Of a DNA stretch of 64,000 nucleotides, positions 46,744 through 56,640 are shown piece after piece. The notes beneath the pieces are model-generated. The model had not been told where the DNA came from, did not search any database, and was given only the letters and a program-made list of their open reading frames with translations. How positions within the stretch are numbered: the stretch's first letter is position 1; each line of letters opens with the position of its first letter. The position numbers and the translations under genes were made by a program. This stretch comes from Planctomycetota bacterium (GTDB lineage: Bacteria; Planctomycetota; B15-G4), in NCBI GenBank assembly GCA_029245865.1, contig JAQWOM010000009.1:86398-150397 (forward strand). The letters run 5' to 3'.

Positions 46744-48201
46744 TCAACGACGCCAAGCAAGGGGAACGAGCAGCACAAGGATGCTGTAGAACTCAAGCCG
46801 CCCCAGCAGCATGGCAAACATGAGGAGTAACTTGGCCGTGCCATCAAACGCGGCGTAGTTGGAACTGGGCCCGACCCCATCTAGCCCTGGCCCGATATTT
46901 GAGAGGCACGAGATCACTGCCGAAAATGAGGTCGCGCCGCTGTGTCCCATGGCCATCAGAATCAACGAGAAGGCCACCAGCGAGAACAGATAGATCACGA
47001 AGAAACCTGCGGTCTTGAAAACCAACTGGTCTGTCAACGGCCGCGGCCCGACCTTCACGACGAAAACCGCTCTGGGTCGCAAGAGTCGAAGTACTTCTCG
47101 CACGCCCGTTTTCACTGCAATCACACAGCGAATGACTTTTGCCCCCCCACCCGTAGAACCAGCACAGGCTCCACAGAACATGAGCAACAAGAGCAATCCG
47201 TGAAGCCCGATGGGCCAGAGCTGGTAGTTGGTTGTGACAAAGCCCGTCGATGTCAGCAGGGACACCACCGTGAAACTGGCGTCGCGCACGAGTGGCTCGA
47301 AGCCTTCCGGCTGACCTGGCTCGCCGCGTAGCGCAATCACGCAAAACAGCGTGGCCAGCACCGCGATCGCTGTGTAAACACGCACTTCGGTGTTCTTCAG
47401 CGCGATCTTGAAGCGACCCTTCACAGCATTGAGCAACATCACGAAGTTCAAACCCGCCAAGAACATGAACAAGATGACCACCCACTGGACTGCCGGGCCA
47501 AAAGAGGCCACAGAATCTGCACGCGTTCCAAACCCCCCTGTCGCCACAGTGGCAAACGTGTAGCAGATAGAGTCGAAGGGCGTCATACCAACAGCCCACA
47601 AGCAGACAAACTGCAGCGCCGTCACAAGAAGGTAGAGCGTCCACAGCATCTTGGCCGTGGATCTGATACGGGGGGCTAGCTTTTCTGATTCAGGCCCCGG
47701 GACTTCTGCCTGAAACAGAAAGTTACCGCCAGCACCCAGCGCGGGCAAAATAGCCACCGACAGAGCGACGATCCCCATGCCACCGATCCACTGGGTCATG
47801 GCACGCCAGAAGAGAAGAGGGCGATCGAGCACTGCGGGATCGGGCAAAATGGATGCGCCCGTCGTGGTGAAGCCAGAGAGAACTTCGAAACACGCGTCGA
47901 CGATTCCAGGGATCTGCCCAGTGATGACAAAAGGCATCGCACCGAGTGCTGTGAAAACCACCCAACTGCCCGTCACGACAGCGAAGGCTTCACCGAAGCC
48001 AAAGCGTTCCTGTTCAAACTCGAAAGAAAGCTGAAGTGCGATTCCGAGGCCAAGGCTTACGGCAGCCGAGACCATGAACGCATGGGCCGTCGGCGTGCCA
48101 AGCCCTCCCTCTCCAATGCACAGCAGCAAGGGCCACAGGAGCAAGAAGAAGAGCAGGATGCAGAGCCGGCCAAGAAGGCATAAGACGGCTTCGATGTTCA
48201 C
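46744..48201 (-). CDS. trkH: Trk-type K+ uptake membrane subunit TrkH (paralog 2)
   Basis: Four selectivity-filter-like motifs (GFTTTGAS, ATGGFGT, TSTGF, GSTGGGAK). Start set at GTG 48201, just after the upstream trkH stop. ORF-track start 48249. Confidence 0.8.
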   Translation of the reverse strand: MNIEAVLCLLGRLCILLFFLLLWPLLLCIGEGGLGTPTAHAFMVSAAVSLGLGIALQLSFEFEQERFGFGEAFAVVTGSWVVFTALGAMPFVITGQIPGIVDACFEVLSGFTTTGASILPDPAVLDRPLLFWRAMTQWIGGMGIVALSVAILPALGAGGNFLFQAEVPGPESEKLAPRIRSTAKMLWTLYLLVTALQFVCLWAVGMTPFDSICYTFATVATGGFGTRADSVASFGPAVQWVVILFMFLAGLNFVMLLNAVKGRFKIALKNTEVRVYTAIAVLATLFCVIALRGEPGQPEGFEPLVRDASFTVVSLLTSTGFVTTNYQLWPIGLHGLLLLLMFCGACAGSTGGGAKVIRCVIAVKTGVREVLRLLRPRAVFVVKVGPRPLTDQLVFKTAGFFVIYLFSLVAFSLILMAMGHSGATSFSAVISCLSNIGPGLDGVGPSSNYAAFDGTAKLLLMFAMLLGRLEFYSILVLLVPLAWRR

Positions 48202-48205
48202 GGGT

Positions 48206-49678
48206 TCACCTGCGCCACGCGAGAGGAGAAAAGAGGACCAACACAGCAAAGAACTCGAGGCGTCCTAGCAGCATGACCGCCATCAGCACCAACTTGCCAC
48301 CATCAGGTACAGCCGCATAGTTTCCTGTCGGCCCTACAGTTCCAAGTCCAGGTCCGACGCCTGACAGGCAGCTAATCATCGAAGTCAGCGACTCCTCTCC
48401 TGCAACACCAAGAAGCGTGAGCAACAGCGTCCCCAGGCAGACGGCACCAATGTAGAACAACAGAAAAGCAACGCTCTTCTGCACGATGCCGTCAGACACG
48501 ACACGACCTTCGACCTTGACAACAAAAATGGCCGTTGGCCGGAGCAATCGCTTCAACTCACGAACGGCAGACTTCGCCCACATGAGATGCCGAGACATCT
48601 TTGCACTACCGCTTGTAGATCCAGCACAGGCTCCGCCCACCATCAACAGCAACAACATCACCTGAAGTGAGGCCGGCCAGAAATTGAAGTCCGTCGTCGA
48701 AAAGCCTGTGGTGGAACTGATTGAAACCACAGTGAAGGCGACGCTGCGGAAGAGCGGCTCCAGGCCTTCTGGAGCACTGTTCAGTGAGTGAAGGACAACG
48801 CAACCGAGAGCCATACCGGTCACGAGAACGCCGACCCATGTTCTGGCTTCCGTGCTCTTGAGCAATGCCAGCGGCCGGCCCAACACAGCGCGGAACAGAA
48901 GTACGTAGTTCAGCCCAGCCAAGAACATGAACACGGTCACGACCCATTGGATTGTTGGACTGAATGATTCCAACGAGTCAGGTCGCGTTCCGAATCCGCC
49001 CGTAGCCACCGTAGAAAAGCTGTGGCACACCGCATCAAACCAGCTCATTCCGGCGATTCGCAGGGCAACGATTTCGGCCACAGTCAGCCCAACGTATATA
49101 GACCAGAGAAGCTTCGCCACGTCGGCAACGCGGGGGAATTGGCGGTCACTCTTTGCTTCGGACACCTCAGCGCGATAGAGAAAGTTACCTCCCGCTCCAA
49201 GCGCAGGAAGAATTGCGATGGCCAAGGCCACGACCCCCATGCCACCTACCCAATGTGTAAGCGAACGCCAAAACAGCAACGGCCTTCCAATCGACGCAGG
49301 GTCAGCGAGGATCGTAGCTCCCGTGGTCGTCAATCCACTCAACGTCTCAAACATGGCATCAAGCAAGCTCTCGATAGCCCCAGCCCAGACGTAGGGGATC
49401 GTTCCGAGCGCCATGAATGCCAACCACCCAAAAGTGACAACGGCGAAACCTTCCTCGAAGTCAAACTCTTCGCGGTGCATCGAGCAGCTGTAAACCAGAG
49501 TCGCTCCGAGGGCAGCGGAAATCGCCGACGCGACAAAGAAGCCGATCCCCGTGGGTGACACATTCTCGCCGACCAGAAAATCTCCGTCGACGAGCAAGAC
49601 CACGAGAGGCAACAGCAACAGCCCTGCGTAGACGAGGCACAGACGCCCGACTACGTGGAAGACGCTGGAAACACTCAC
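48206..49678 (-). CDS. trkH: Trk-type K+ uptake membrane subunit TrkH (paralog 1)
   Basis: GLTTTGAT, ATGGFGT, STTGF, GSTSGSAK motifs. 4-nt overlap with trkA. Confidence 0.85.
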   Translation of the reverse strand: MSVSSVFHVVGRLCLVYAGLLLLPLVVLLVDGDFLVGENVSPTGIGFFVASAISAALGATLVYSCSMHREEFDFEEGFAVVTFGWLAFMALGTIPYVWAGAIESLLDAMFETLSGLTTTGATILADPASIGRPLLFWRSLTHWVGGMGVVALAIAILPALGAGGNFLYRAEVSEAKSDRQFPRVADVAKLLWSIYVGLTVAEIVALRIAGMSWFDAVCHSFSTVATGGFGTRPDSLESFSPTIQWVVTVFMFLAGLNYVLLFRAVLGRPLALLKSTEARTWVGVLVTGMALGCVVLHSLNSAPEGLEPLFRSVAFTVVSISSTTGFSTTDFNFWPASLQVMLLLLMVGGACAGSTSGSAKMSRHLMWAKSAVRELKRLLRPTAIFVVKVEGRVVSDGIVQKSVAFLLFYIGAVCLGTLLLTLLGVAGEESLTSMISCLSGVGPGLGTVGPTGNYAAVPDGGKLVLMAVMLLGRLEFFAVLVLFSPLAWRR

Positions 49679-51156
49679 GCCTTGTCGGGGCTCGCATCAT
49701 CGACGTCGGACACAGCTTCTGACTCAGTCACAGCAGCCTGATCATCAGAAGGGCGACGCTCTTCAATTCCTGCCGCAGAAGAAGAGGAGCCTTCCCCCGC
49801 AAAGTTCAATCCTCCTCGCCTTGCGAAGAGCCGCTCAACACGGTCCCGGAGACCGGGTAACACGAAACACACGACGACATCTCCCTCGCGCACTTCTGTT
49901 CGACCGTGCGGAATAAAGGCTTCCTTGTCGCGCATGATGGCCCCAACGAGAGCACCGTTTGGCAACTTCAGATCTTTGAGCATGACGCCCACAGCCTTTG
50001 CCCCGTGCCTCACAACCATCTCAACCACTTCAGCCGTGCTCTCTCCAATTTTCTGCACAGCCTGGACGCGCCCACCACGCGCATAGCGCAGCAATCGACC
50101 CACCATGGTGAGTCGCGGATTGATCACTGCATCGATGTCTAGACTATCCAGCAATGAAACGATGTCAGGATCTGCGGTCACGACGATATTTCGGCGCGCT
50201 CCACGCTTCTTCGCGAGCAATGCGAGAATCAGATTGTGCTCTTCATTTCGCCCTGCGCTGATAAAGAAGTCAGCCGACGTAAGGCGCCCCTGGCCCTGAA
50301 TATCTGAATCATTGGGAGAGCCGTTCAAGACCAGCGTGTCGTCAAGTTCACTGGCCGCCTGCTGGCAACGATCGCGATCTTCGTCGATGAGCACCACATT
50401 TGTGCGCCCCTGCAATTGGCGCGACACTGCGATCCCGAGTTGCTCGGCTCCATAAACCACAACACGCTGAACACGGTCTGTCCCCGAAACGACCTTGCGG
50501 AAGATCGGGAGGGATGTCTCCGTCATCAACATGAAGATACGGTCACCCGGCTCCATCTGATGATCGCCCGTGGGCACGATGTGCTGGCCGCCCCGCTGAA
50601 TGGAGGCAACGAGAAACTCTTGCCCTGAGTAGTCTTCCTTGAGGCGGTGCAGCGGCCGCCCACAAAGCACAGAGCGCTCATCCAGATCGAATGAGCGCAA
50701 GAAGATCCGGCCACCCGCGAAATCACCCACGTCAATCGAGCCAGGTGCATCCACCAAGGCCACGATCGAGTCCACCGCGATTTCATCCGGATTGATAAAC
50801 CGGGTAATTCCCAGCTTAACCGGGTCGACCAGCGGCGACTCTGAAACAAAATCTGGGTTGCGCACTCGCGCCAAAGTCCGGCGAACTCCCAAGCTGTGCG
50901 CCGCCGCACACGCGAGCATGTTCACCTCATCGTCGCTAGAGACCGCAATAAACAAATCGGCCTCAACCGCTCCTGCCGCCTCGAGCGAACTGCGGCGAGT
51001 CGCGCCGCCTTGCACGGTGAGCACATCCAGGCGGTCACGCAGATACTCAAGCTTTTCGGCATCCACATCGATGATCGCGATGTGGTGCCCCTCGACACCA
51101 AGCTCGCGCGCGAGGTGAAAGCCAACAGCACCGGCACCAGCAATGACAATCCTCAT
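49675..51156 (-). CDS. trkA: Trk system NAD-binding subunit TrkA (tandem RCK_N/RCK_C)
   Basis: MRIVIAGAGAVGFHLA and second VVVYGAEQLG Rossmann motifs. Acidic C-terminal tail. Confidence 0.85.
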   Translation of the reverse strand: MRIVIAGAGAVGFHLARELGVEGHHIAIIDVDAEKLEYLRDRLDVLTVQGGATRRSSLEAAGAVEADLFIAVSSDDEVNMLACAAAHSLGVRRTLARVRNPDFVSESPLVDPVKLGITRFINPDEIAVDSIVALVDAPGSIDVGDFAGGRIFLRSFDLDERSVLCGRPLHRLKEDYSGQEFLVASIQRGGQHIVPTGDHQMEPGDRIFMLMTETSLPIFRKVVSGTDRVQRVVVYGAEQLGIAVSRQLQGRTNVVLIDEDRDRCQQAASELDDTLVLNGSPNDSDIQGQGRLTSADFFISAGRNEEHNLILALLAKKRGARRNIVVTADPDIVSLLDSLDIDAVINPRLTMVGRLLRYARGGRVQAVQKIGESTAEVVEMVVRHGAKAVGVMLKDLKLPNGALVGAIMRDKEAFIPHGRTEVREGDVVVCFVLPGLRDRVERLFARRGGLNFAGEGSSSSAAGIEERRPSDDQAAVTESEAVSDVDDASPDKA

Positions 51157-53891
51157 CGGCCAGCCATTCCCATGAGACTTGCTCTCATGCGCGCCCTCTG
51201 CCCATCTAGTGCGTCACGAAGTACACCAGACATCTGCACGCCAGACACCACTTTTTTACCTCTCGGCGAAGACTCTTCAGCAGCCTCTTCGCCGCCAGGC
51301 TCTAAACCCTCCTCCGCGGCTGGATTGCCCTGCAGGCCTGGCTCGACCTGCTTCAGCAACGACTCAACCTCGACACGTAAAGATTCGCTCTCAGACGGAA
51401 TGCGCGGCAAGAGCCTGCGCAAGGTATCGACAGCCGCGCGGTCGCGGCCAAGTGCTGCTTGAACACGCGCCAAGCTATACATCGTGTTGTTATCACTGGC
51501 ATCTTGCTCGTAAACATCTCGAACGAGCGGCGCAGCTTCTTCATAACGTCCGGCCGCGATCAAAGTCCGGACCGCACCACGCTGAGTTTCGAGACGCGTC
51601 GAGTCACCGACAGCCAGTTCCTCGAGGCATTCAAGGTAGTAATCTGCCGCATCATCGAGCAGGCCGAGTTCTTCGGCAGTGCGCGCCAGCAGGTCGAGTC
51701 GCAGGCGCAAGCCTGGGTAGGGCGCCCCAGCTTCATGCAACTCCACCAACATCTGGAAAGCTTCATTTGCCTGCCCGTTGAGACACAGCACCTCTGCCAG
51801 ATGACCGCGTGCCAGTGAGACCACATCGCGCGACCCCGGGTCACCCTCGTGCCGCAGTAGAATCTCGCGCAAGGACCAAGCAGAGAGATCTGGGCTACCA
51901 ACAGCCTTCAGCGTACCGGCCATCTCGAGCCATTCATCTGCGGAGGCATCATCCCCGAGAACCAACAGGGCTCGGTGAGCCGCATCGTTGAGTTCTGCGC
52001 GACCGTCTCCCGACCACGAAGCGCACACTCGCCCGATCGCCCCTACGCCCTCGCGGTCCCCGATCTGTCCGAGCGCATGTAAGATGCGCATCATCACACT
52101 TGCGTCCACTTCGGCTCGCGAACGGCGGTCAAGCAACGCGAATCCGTCCGGCCCTCCAGCCTCGCCAAGCGAGCTTGCCGCCTCGGCGCGCACCGACGAA
52201 TCCACATCTTCGAGCAAGCGTCCGAGCAACTCCAACATCAAGGACCTGACACTGTCTTCGGCAGGCAGTCCACGAGTTCGGTCACCGAGGCCCTTCGCGA
52301 CGGCATAACGCACCTCACGAATCTCTTCATTCAAGGTGATGCCACCCACAACATCGAGCGCACGCGGCAACTCTTCGCTCGCCAGGACTGCAGCAACGGC
52401 AGCTGCTCGAACATTAGGCGAATGGCTCGGATCCAACCATTCGTTCAGCTGCTCGAGCACACCCGCAGGTTGGTTCTGAGCCACAATGCGAAGCACCGTG
52501 ACCTGCGTCATCTCTTCAACCGGCGCTCGCTTGAGATAGCTCAGCAGCGGGTTCACAACCTCTGGGTGAGCACGCAACCGAACAAATGCCGCCGCGGCCA
52601 CGGCAGCCATCTCGACATCGCCCGAGCGCAACTCACTCAGCAACACATCCAAAACCGCGGGCTCACCTCGCCCCAGGACACCAACAGCTGCCACCAGTGC
52701 GGCCCGTACCTGAGCGTCCATCTCGGCTGCAAAGAGCTGATTGTGGCCCGATCCGTTGCCGTTTCCGTTCTCACGGCCGTATCCATTTCCACCAAGGCGA
52801 GCGGCCCCCTGATCATCTGAGAGCCCGTTGCCGTCACCGGCCCCATGGCCGTTCACATCCGAGTGGCCCATGCTGTCACCTGAGCCTTTGGGCCCGTAGC
52901 CCAGTCGGGTAAGCAATGCAGGGATCGCCGTCGAGGCCTGTTCGCCATTCGGGTGACTCCCGAGCCGGCTGGCGCTGGCCAGCCGCACCGCTGCGTACTC
53001 ATCGGACAAACCTGCAACGAGCAGATCAACGTCCATGCCCATGAGGCGGATGCGGGCCTGGACAACCTCTTCACGCATTTTCTGTTCAGACTCACGCCGT
53101 GCATTTTTTTCGGCGGCGAGGCTGCGCTCTAGCAGAACGTCACGCGGATCTCCCCGGACTCGTTCCCAGAAAGCAGTCCAGACTTCGACGTCTTCACCCA
53201 AAGAATGCCCGGTCAACTCCTCCAGGCTTCCGTGCGCATCTGATCTGTGCGCGCTTCCCAGCAATGCGATCAATGGCTCGACGGCGTCCAGGTTGCGCGA
53301 CCGACCCAACACCTGGATCACCGTCTTCCGCACCTCGGGCGACAGAGACACTTCTTGGAGACGCTTGATCAAGCGCGTCGTCACAGATATTTGCTCACGC
53401 GAAAGCCGTGTCAGATTATCCAAAGCGAGTTGCGACACTTCGACGTCGTCTCTGCCAGACGCCAACAGGAGGATCTCGGAGAGCAACGAAACAGACCGGC
53501 TCGTCTGAAGCGCCTGAAGAATGCCCAACACGGAGTTGCGCTTGGACCCGGTGAGCACCCTCTTGAGGGTGAGTTCATCTCCCACATCCAACAAGCGCAT
53601 GGCATGAATCGCCAGCACCGGCACGTCTTCCGCTCCAGCTTCCAGCGCTGCACGAGAAGCCAACGCCTGAGGCGAAGAGTCTTGCGTAGGCTCGGGCTCT
53701 TCTGGATTTGAACCTGCCCTATCCTCCGGCGCCTCCTGCGCACGCCCCGATTCAGTCGGCGCCTCGCTCTCTTGAATGCTGAGCGCTTGGGCCACATCAG
53801 AAACGCATGCAAGAGCGACCGCAACGGCCACCAGCCATCCGACTGGGGTCGCGAGCCGCAGGCCGCGCATATCTTGGGTAGGTGCCGTCAT
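51153..53891 (-). CDS. Secreted HEAT-repeat (PBS-lyase-like) protein with C-terminal TPR-like region and a G/N-rich low-complexity insert
   Basis: 912 aa. Signal-like N-terminus. Many ...VR..A..ALG... HEAT-like units. Low-complexity segment GYGPKGSGDSMGHSDVNGHGAGDGNGLSDDQGAARLGGNGYGRENGNGNGSGHNQ (nt about 52737-52901). Confidence 0.6.
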   Translation of the reverse strand: MTAPTQDMRGLRLATPVGWLVAVAVALACVSDVAQALSIQESEAPTESGRAQEAPEDRAGSNPEEPEPTQDSSPQALASRAALEAGAEDVPVLAIHAMRLLDVGDELTLKRVLTGSKRNSVLGILQALQTSRSVSLLSEILLLASGRDDVEVSQLALDNLTRLSREQISVTTRLIKRLQEVSLSPEVRKTVIQVLGRSRNLDAVEPLIALLGSAHRSDAHGSLEELTGHSLGEDVEVWTAFWERVRGDPRDVLLERSLAAEKNARRESEQKMREEVVQARIRLMGMDVDLLVAGLSDEYAAVRLASASRLGSHPNGEQASTAIPALLTRLGYGPKGSGDSMGHSDVNGHGAGDGNGLSDDQGAARLGGNGYGRENGNGNGSGHNQLFAAEMDAQVRAALVAAVGVLGRGEPAVLDVLLSELRSGDVEMAAVAAAAFVRLRAHPEVVNPLLSYLKRAPVEEMTQVTVLRIVAQNQPAGVLEQLNEWLDPSHSPNVRAAAVAAVLASEELPRALDVVGGITLNEEIREVRYAVAKGLGDRTRGLPAEDSVRSLMLELLGRLLEDVDSSVRAEAASSLGEAGGPDGFALLDRRSRAEVDASVMMRILHALGQIGDREGVGAIGRVCASWSGDGRAELNDAAHRALLVLGDDASADEWLEMAGTLKAVGSPDLSAWSLREILLRHEGDPGSRDVVSLARGHLAEVLCLNGQANEAFQMLVELHEAGAPYPGLRLRLDLLARTAEELGLLDDAADYYLECLEELAVGDSTRLETQRGAVRTLIAAGRYEEAAPLVRDVYEQDASDNNTMYSLARVQAALGRDRAAVDTLRRLLPRIPSESESLRVEVESLLKQVEPGLQGNPAAEEGLEPGGEEAAEESSPRGKKVVSGVQMSGVLRDALDGQRARMRASLMGMAGR

Positions 53892-54445
53892 GGTTGGGCG
53901 TCTGGCTGAGGCTGCGGCCAGAACTCGAGGACTGCCAGTATAGGATCCTGAGCACCCACAGAAATCGTTCTGTCTGCAGCAGTGCGGTAAAGCGGGTCTC
54001 GCTCGAGAAGCAGGGCAGCGACCTCCTCGGCCGCAGACAGGCTGGTCAGGGGGGAGCGCGGCCGTCTGAGGGAGCGTTCGATGAGCACCTCAAGCGGGAG
54101 ATCCAGATAGACGACCGTGCCTGAGCGAGCGAGCGCATCGAAAGCTTCTCCGCACAGGACCGCCCCGCCACCAGTCGCCACGACATGATCGTGAAGACCG
54201 GCCGCCTTGGCCAACTCGACCCGTTCTCGGCATCGAAAGCCCGATTCGCCCTCTTCGGCCAGCACGATGTCGCAACTTCGTCCGGCCGTGTCTGCCAGGG
54301 CCTCATCCAGGTCGAGAAACGGCCGCCTGACACGCTCTGCGAGGGCTCGGCCCACCTGGGTCTTCCCGCAGGCGCGCATGCCGATCAGGACAAGATTTCC
54401 TGAATCGGGCTGTGGACGCACTCCCTGCCGGGATTCGTAGCCCAT
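53888..54445 (-). CDS. aroK: Shikimate kinase
   Basis: P-loop LIGMRACGKTQVG, plus DLD and the lid region. Start set at ATG 54445 because the ORF-track N-extension (to 54700) runs through a tRNA gene. Confidence 0.75.
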   Translation of the reverse strand: MGYESRQGVRPQPDSGNLVLIGMRACGKTQVGRALAERVRRPFLDLDEALADTAGRSCDIVLAEEGESGFRCRERVELAKAAGLHDHVVATGGGAVLCGEAFDALARSGTVVYLDLPLEVLIERSLRRPRSPLTSLSAAEEVAALLLERDPLYRTAADRTISVGAQDPILAVLEFWPQPQPDAQP

Positions 54446-54516
54446 GAACCTCCGTATCGTGCCGTACGCAGCTTGGCCCCGTCTCTGCGAGACACCAGGG
54501 GGCGGACACTCAGAAA

Positions 54517-54594
54517 TGGTAGTCCCAAGGGGATTCGAACCCCTGTCTGGTGCGTGAGAGGCACCTGTCCTAGACCTGACTAGACGATGGGACC
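54517..54594 (-). tRNA. tRNA-Glu (anticodon CUC)
   Basis: Cloverleaf read on the minus strand: acceptor GGTCCCA / TGGGACT (G1-U72 wobble), D-arm GTCT-AGTCAGGTCTA-GGAC, anticodon stem GGTGC/GCACC with loop CTCTCAC (U33, C34-U35-C36), T-arm AGGGG-TTCGAAT-CCCCT, and encoded ACCA. The D-loop and anticodon arm closely resemble bacterial tRNA-Glu. Confidence 0.8.
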
Positions 54595-54688
54595 ACCGGA
54601 TCAAACCCGGGCCGCGGATTTTCGTAGAGCCCTTGAGAAAATCCAAGCAGAATCCAGCAACAAGTCCTTCTATTCCTAAACGGCGCCC

Positions 54689-56629
54689 ATGGCTTCCCAA
54701 TCTTCTTCAAGATTCGTCGTGATCGGGGGCCTCCTCGTGGCCCTCGCCCTCGCCGCAATGGCCTACCTCCTCCTGGATAAAGTGGGCGAGAAGTCACCCG
54801 CCTTGGATCCACAAGGCTCGTCGGTCATTTCCGACCCTGGCACCCCCTCTTCGCCCTCGGAGACGACGACCCTGCCGGTTTATGTACCCAAAGTCCGGCC
54901 AGAGCCTCGCCCCGCTGTCATCGCCCCGACGGGAACCCTGACAGGGCGTGTCGTGGATGCCAACCGCTTGCCCATCACCCGCGGGCAGGTTCGTATCCTA
55001 GAAGGGCGTGAATCTCTATTCATGGTAGGCGGCGACCAGTTGGTCAGGCTAGAGATCGATCCCGCCGAGGTCGCCGGCGACGGTCGCTTCCATTTCGCGG
55101 GGCTCCCCGTGGACTCAAAGGTCACGGTTCGAGTCGACGGCGATGACTTCATTCCCACACAAGCAGGGGCCTTCACCCTGCTCCCCGGAGAAGTCAAAGA
55201 CATCGGCGACATCGTCACCGACAAGGGGAACACGATTCTGGGCAGTGTGTTCGACCCATCCGGAATGCCCCTTGCTGGTGCTCGAGTCGCCCTGACCTAC
55301 GGTGCCGCGACAGTCAGCTTCGCAAGAGGCCAGAAGCACTCGTCCGAGAATCGAGTTTCGTTGACAAACGACGAAGGCCACTTCGAGATGAAGAACACGC
55401 CCCTGTTCCCGTTCACACTTTCCGTGAGCGCCGATGGATTTGCGAACAAGATGATTCAGGCTGGCGGGGTTCTTGATGGCGAAGTGCCTCAATTGAAGTT
55501 CACCATCATTCTGGAAAAGGCTCGAGAGCTCCATGGGCGGGTCGTCTCCAAGAATGACGAGAAACCCCTCGGGGACATCACTCTCATTGCCGTCAATGGT
55601 GGAACAACGGCAAGCCAAAGCGTGACCAAGAGCGATGAGGCGGGACGTTTCCTCTTCAAGGACCTGGCTGCGGGCCCCTATCGAATCGAGGCAGACGGCA
55701 AGGGTTGGAGCCAACGCAAGCTCACCGTGCCCGCAAACTCGCTGAACAAAGAATTGATTGTCCAGATGACCGAAGAGGGCCTCATTCGTGGCCAAGTGAC
55801 CACGCCCGAAGGCGATCCTGTCTCGCACTACGACTTGCAGGCTCTTTACGGAAAAACAAAATCCACCGTGGGCAATCCCACCGAACACATGCTGCGCATT
55901 CGTGACAAGCAAGGTCTGTTCGAACTGTCCAATCTGGAACCAGGCTGGTATCAGTTGCAAGCTTGGTCAAAGGGGTTTGCGCTGACGCGAAGCGATCCGG
56001 TACGGGTTCGGGCAGGAAGCGTCATCGAGGGAGTCACCATCTCCCTCCAGCACGGGGCAACGATTCGCGGTCGGGTCATCGATGACCTTGATCGCCCGAT
56101 CTCCGGAGCTTCCATCTCACTGCATACCAACAACCTCGCAGCAGTCGGGTTTCTACGCGACCGCGAATGGTCGGCTGCGTGGCAACTCACCACGCACACA
56201 GACAAAGAGGGCGTGTTCCAACTGACTGATGTAAGTGAGAAGGCCTATCAACTTCAGGTCAATCACCCTGAATATCCGCTCTTCATAGTCAACGATGTGA
56301 TCACTGAAACCGGCCAGCTCTCGGACATGCAATCCATCATCGTTCCGCGCGCAGGTGAAATCGCCGGAGTGGCCATGGACTCGAGCGGACAACTGCTACG
56401 CCATGGCACCATTTCGCTCGGAGGGCCTGAATCACGCCGCATACAACCGGATGGCGAAGGCCGGTTTCGATTCGCGCGCCTGCTACCCGGCGAGTATTAC
56501 CTCGATGCTCGCGCCACGGTAAAACTGGCTCCCTTCGACCTCGCCATGGAGGTCCAGCGAGGCGTGGCGCTCCTGCCCATTACCGTGAAAGCTGGCCAAA
56601 AGGTCACAGCGACCGCAACGGCCCCCTGA
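54689..56629 (+). CDS. Membrane-anchored protein with multiple carboxypeptidase-regulatory-like / Cna-B-like beta-sandwich repeats
   Basis: 646 aa. N-terminal TM helix (FVVIGGLLVALALAAMAYLLL). At least 5 repeats of the pattern G.V.D..G.P...A.V.......T...G.F....L..G.Y. Confidence 0.55.
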   Translation: MASQSSSRFVVIGGLLVALALAAMAYLLLDKVGEKSPALDPQGSSVISDPGTPSSPSETTTLPVYVPKVRPEPRPAVIAPTGTLTGRVVDANRLPITRGQVRILEGRESLFMVGGDQLVRLEIDPAEVAGDGRFHFAGLPVDSKVTVRVDGDDFIPTQAGAFTLLPGEVKDIGDIVTDKGNTILGSVFDPSGMPLAGARVALTYGAATVSFARGQKHSSENRVSLTNDEGHFEMKNTPLFPFTLSVSADGFANKMIQAGGVLDGEVPQLKFTIILEKARELHGRVVSKNDEKPLGDITLIAVNGGTTASQSVTKSDEAGRFLFKDLAAGPYRIEADGKGWSQRKLTVPANSLNKELIVQMTEEGLIRGQVTTPEGDPVSHYDLQALYGKTKSTVGNPTEHMLRIRDKQGLFELSNLEPGWYQLQAWSKGFALTRSDPVRVRAGSVIEGVTISLQHGATIRGRVIDDLDRPISGASISLHTNNLAAVGFLRDREWSAAWQLTTHTDKEGVFQLTDVSEKAYQLQVNHPEYPLFIVNDVITETGQLSDMQSIIVPRAGEIAGVAMDSSGQLLRHGTISLGGPESRRIQPDGEGRFRFARLLPGEYYLDARATVKLAPFDLAMEVQRGVALLPITVKAGQKVTATATAP

Positions 56630-56640
56630 CAAAGGTTCGC

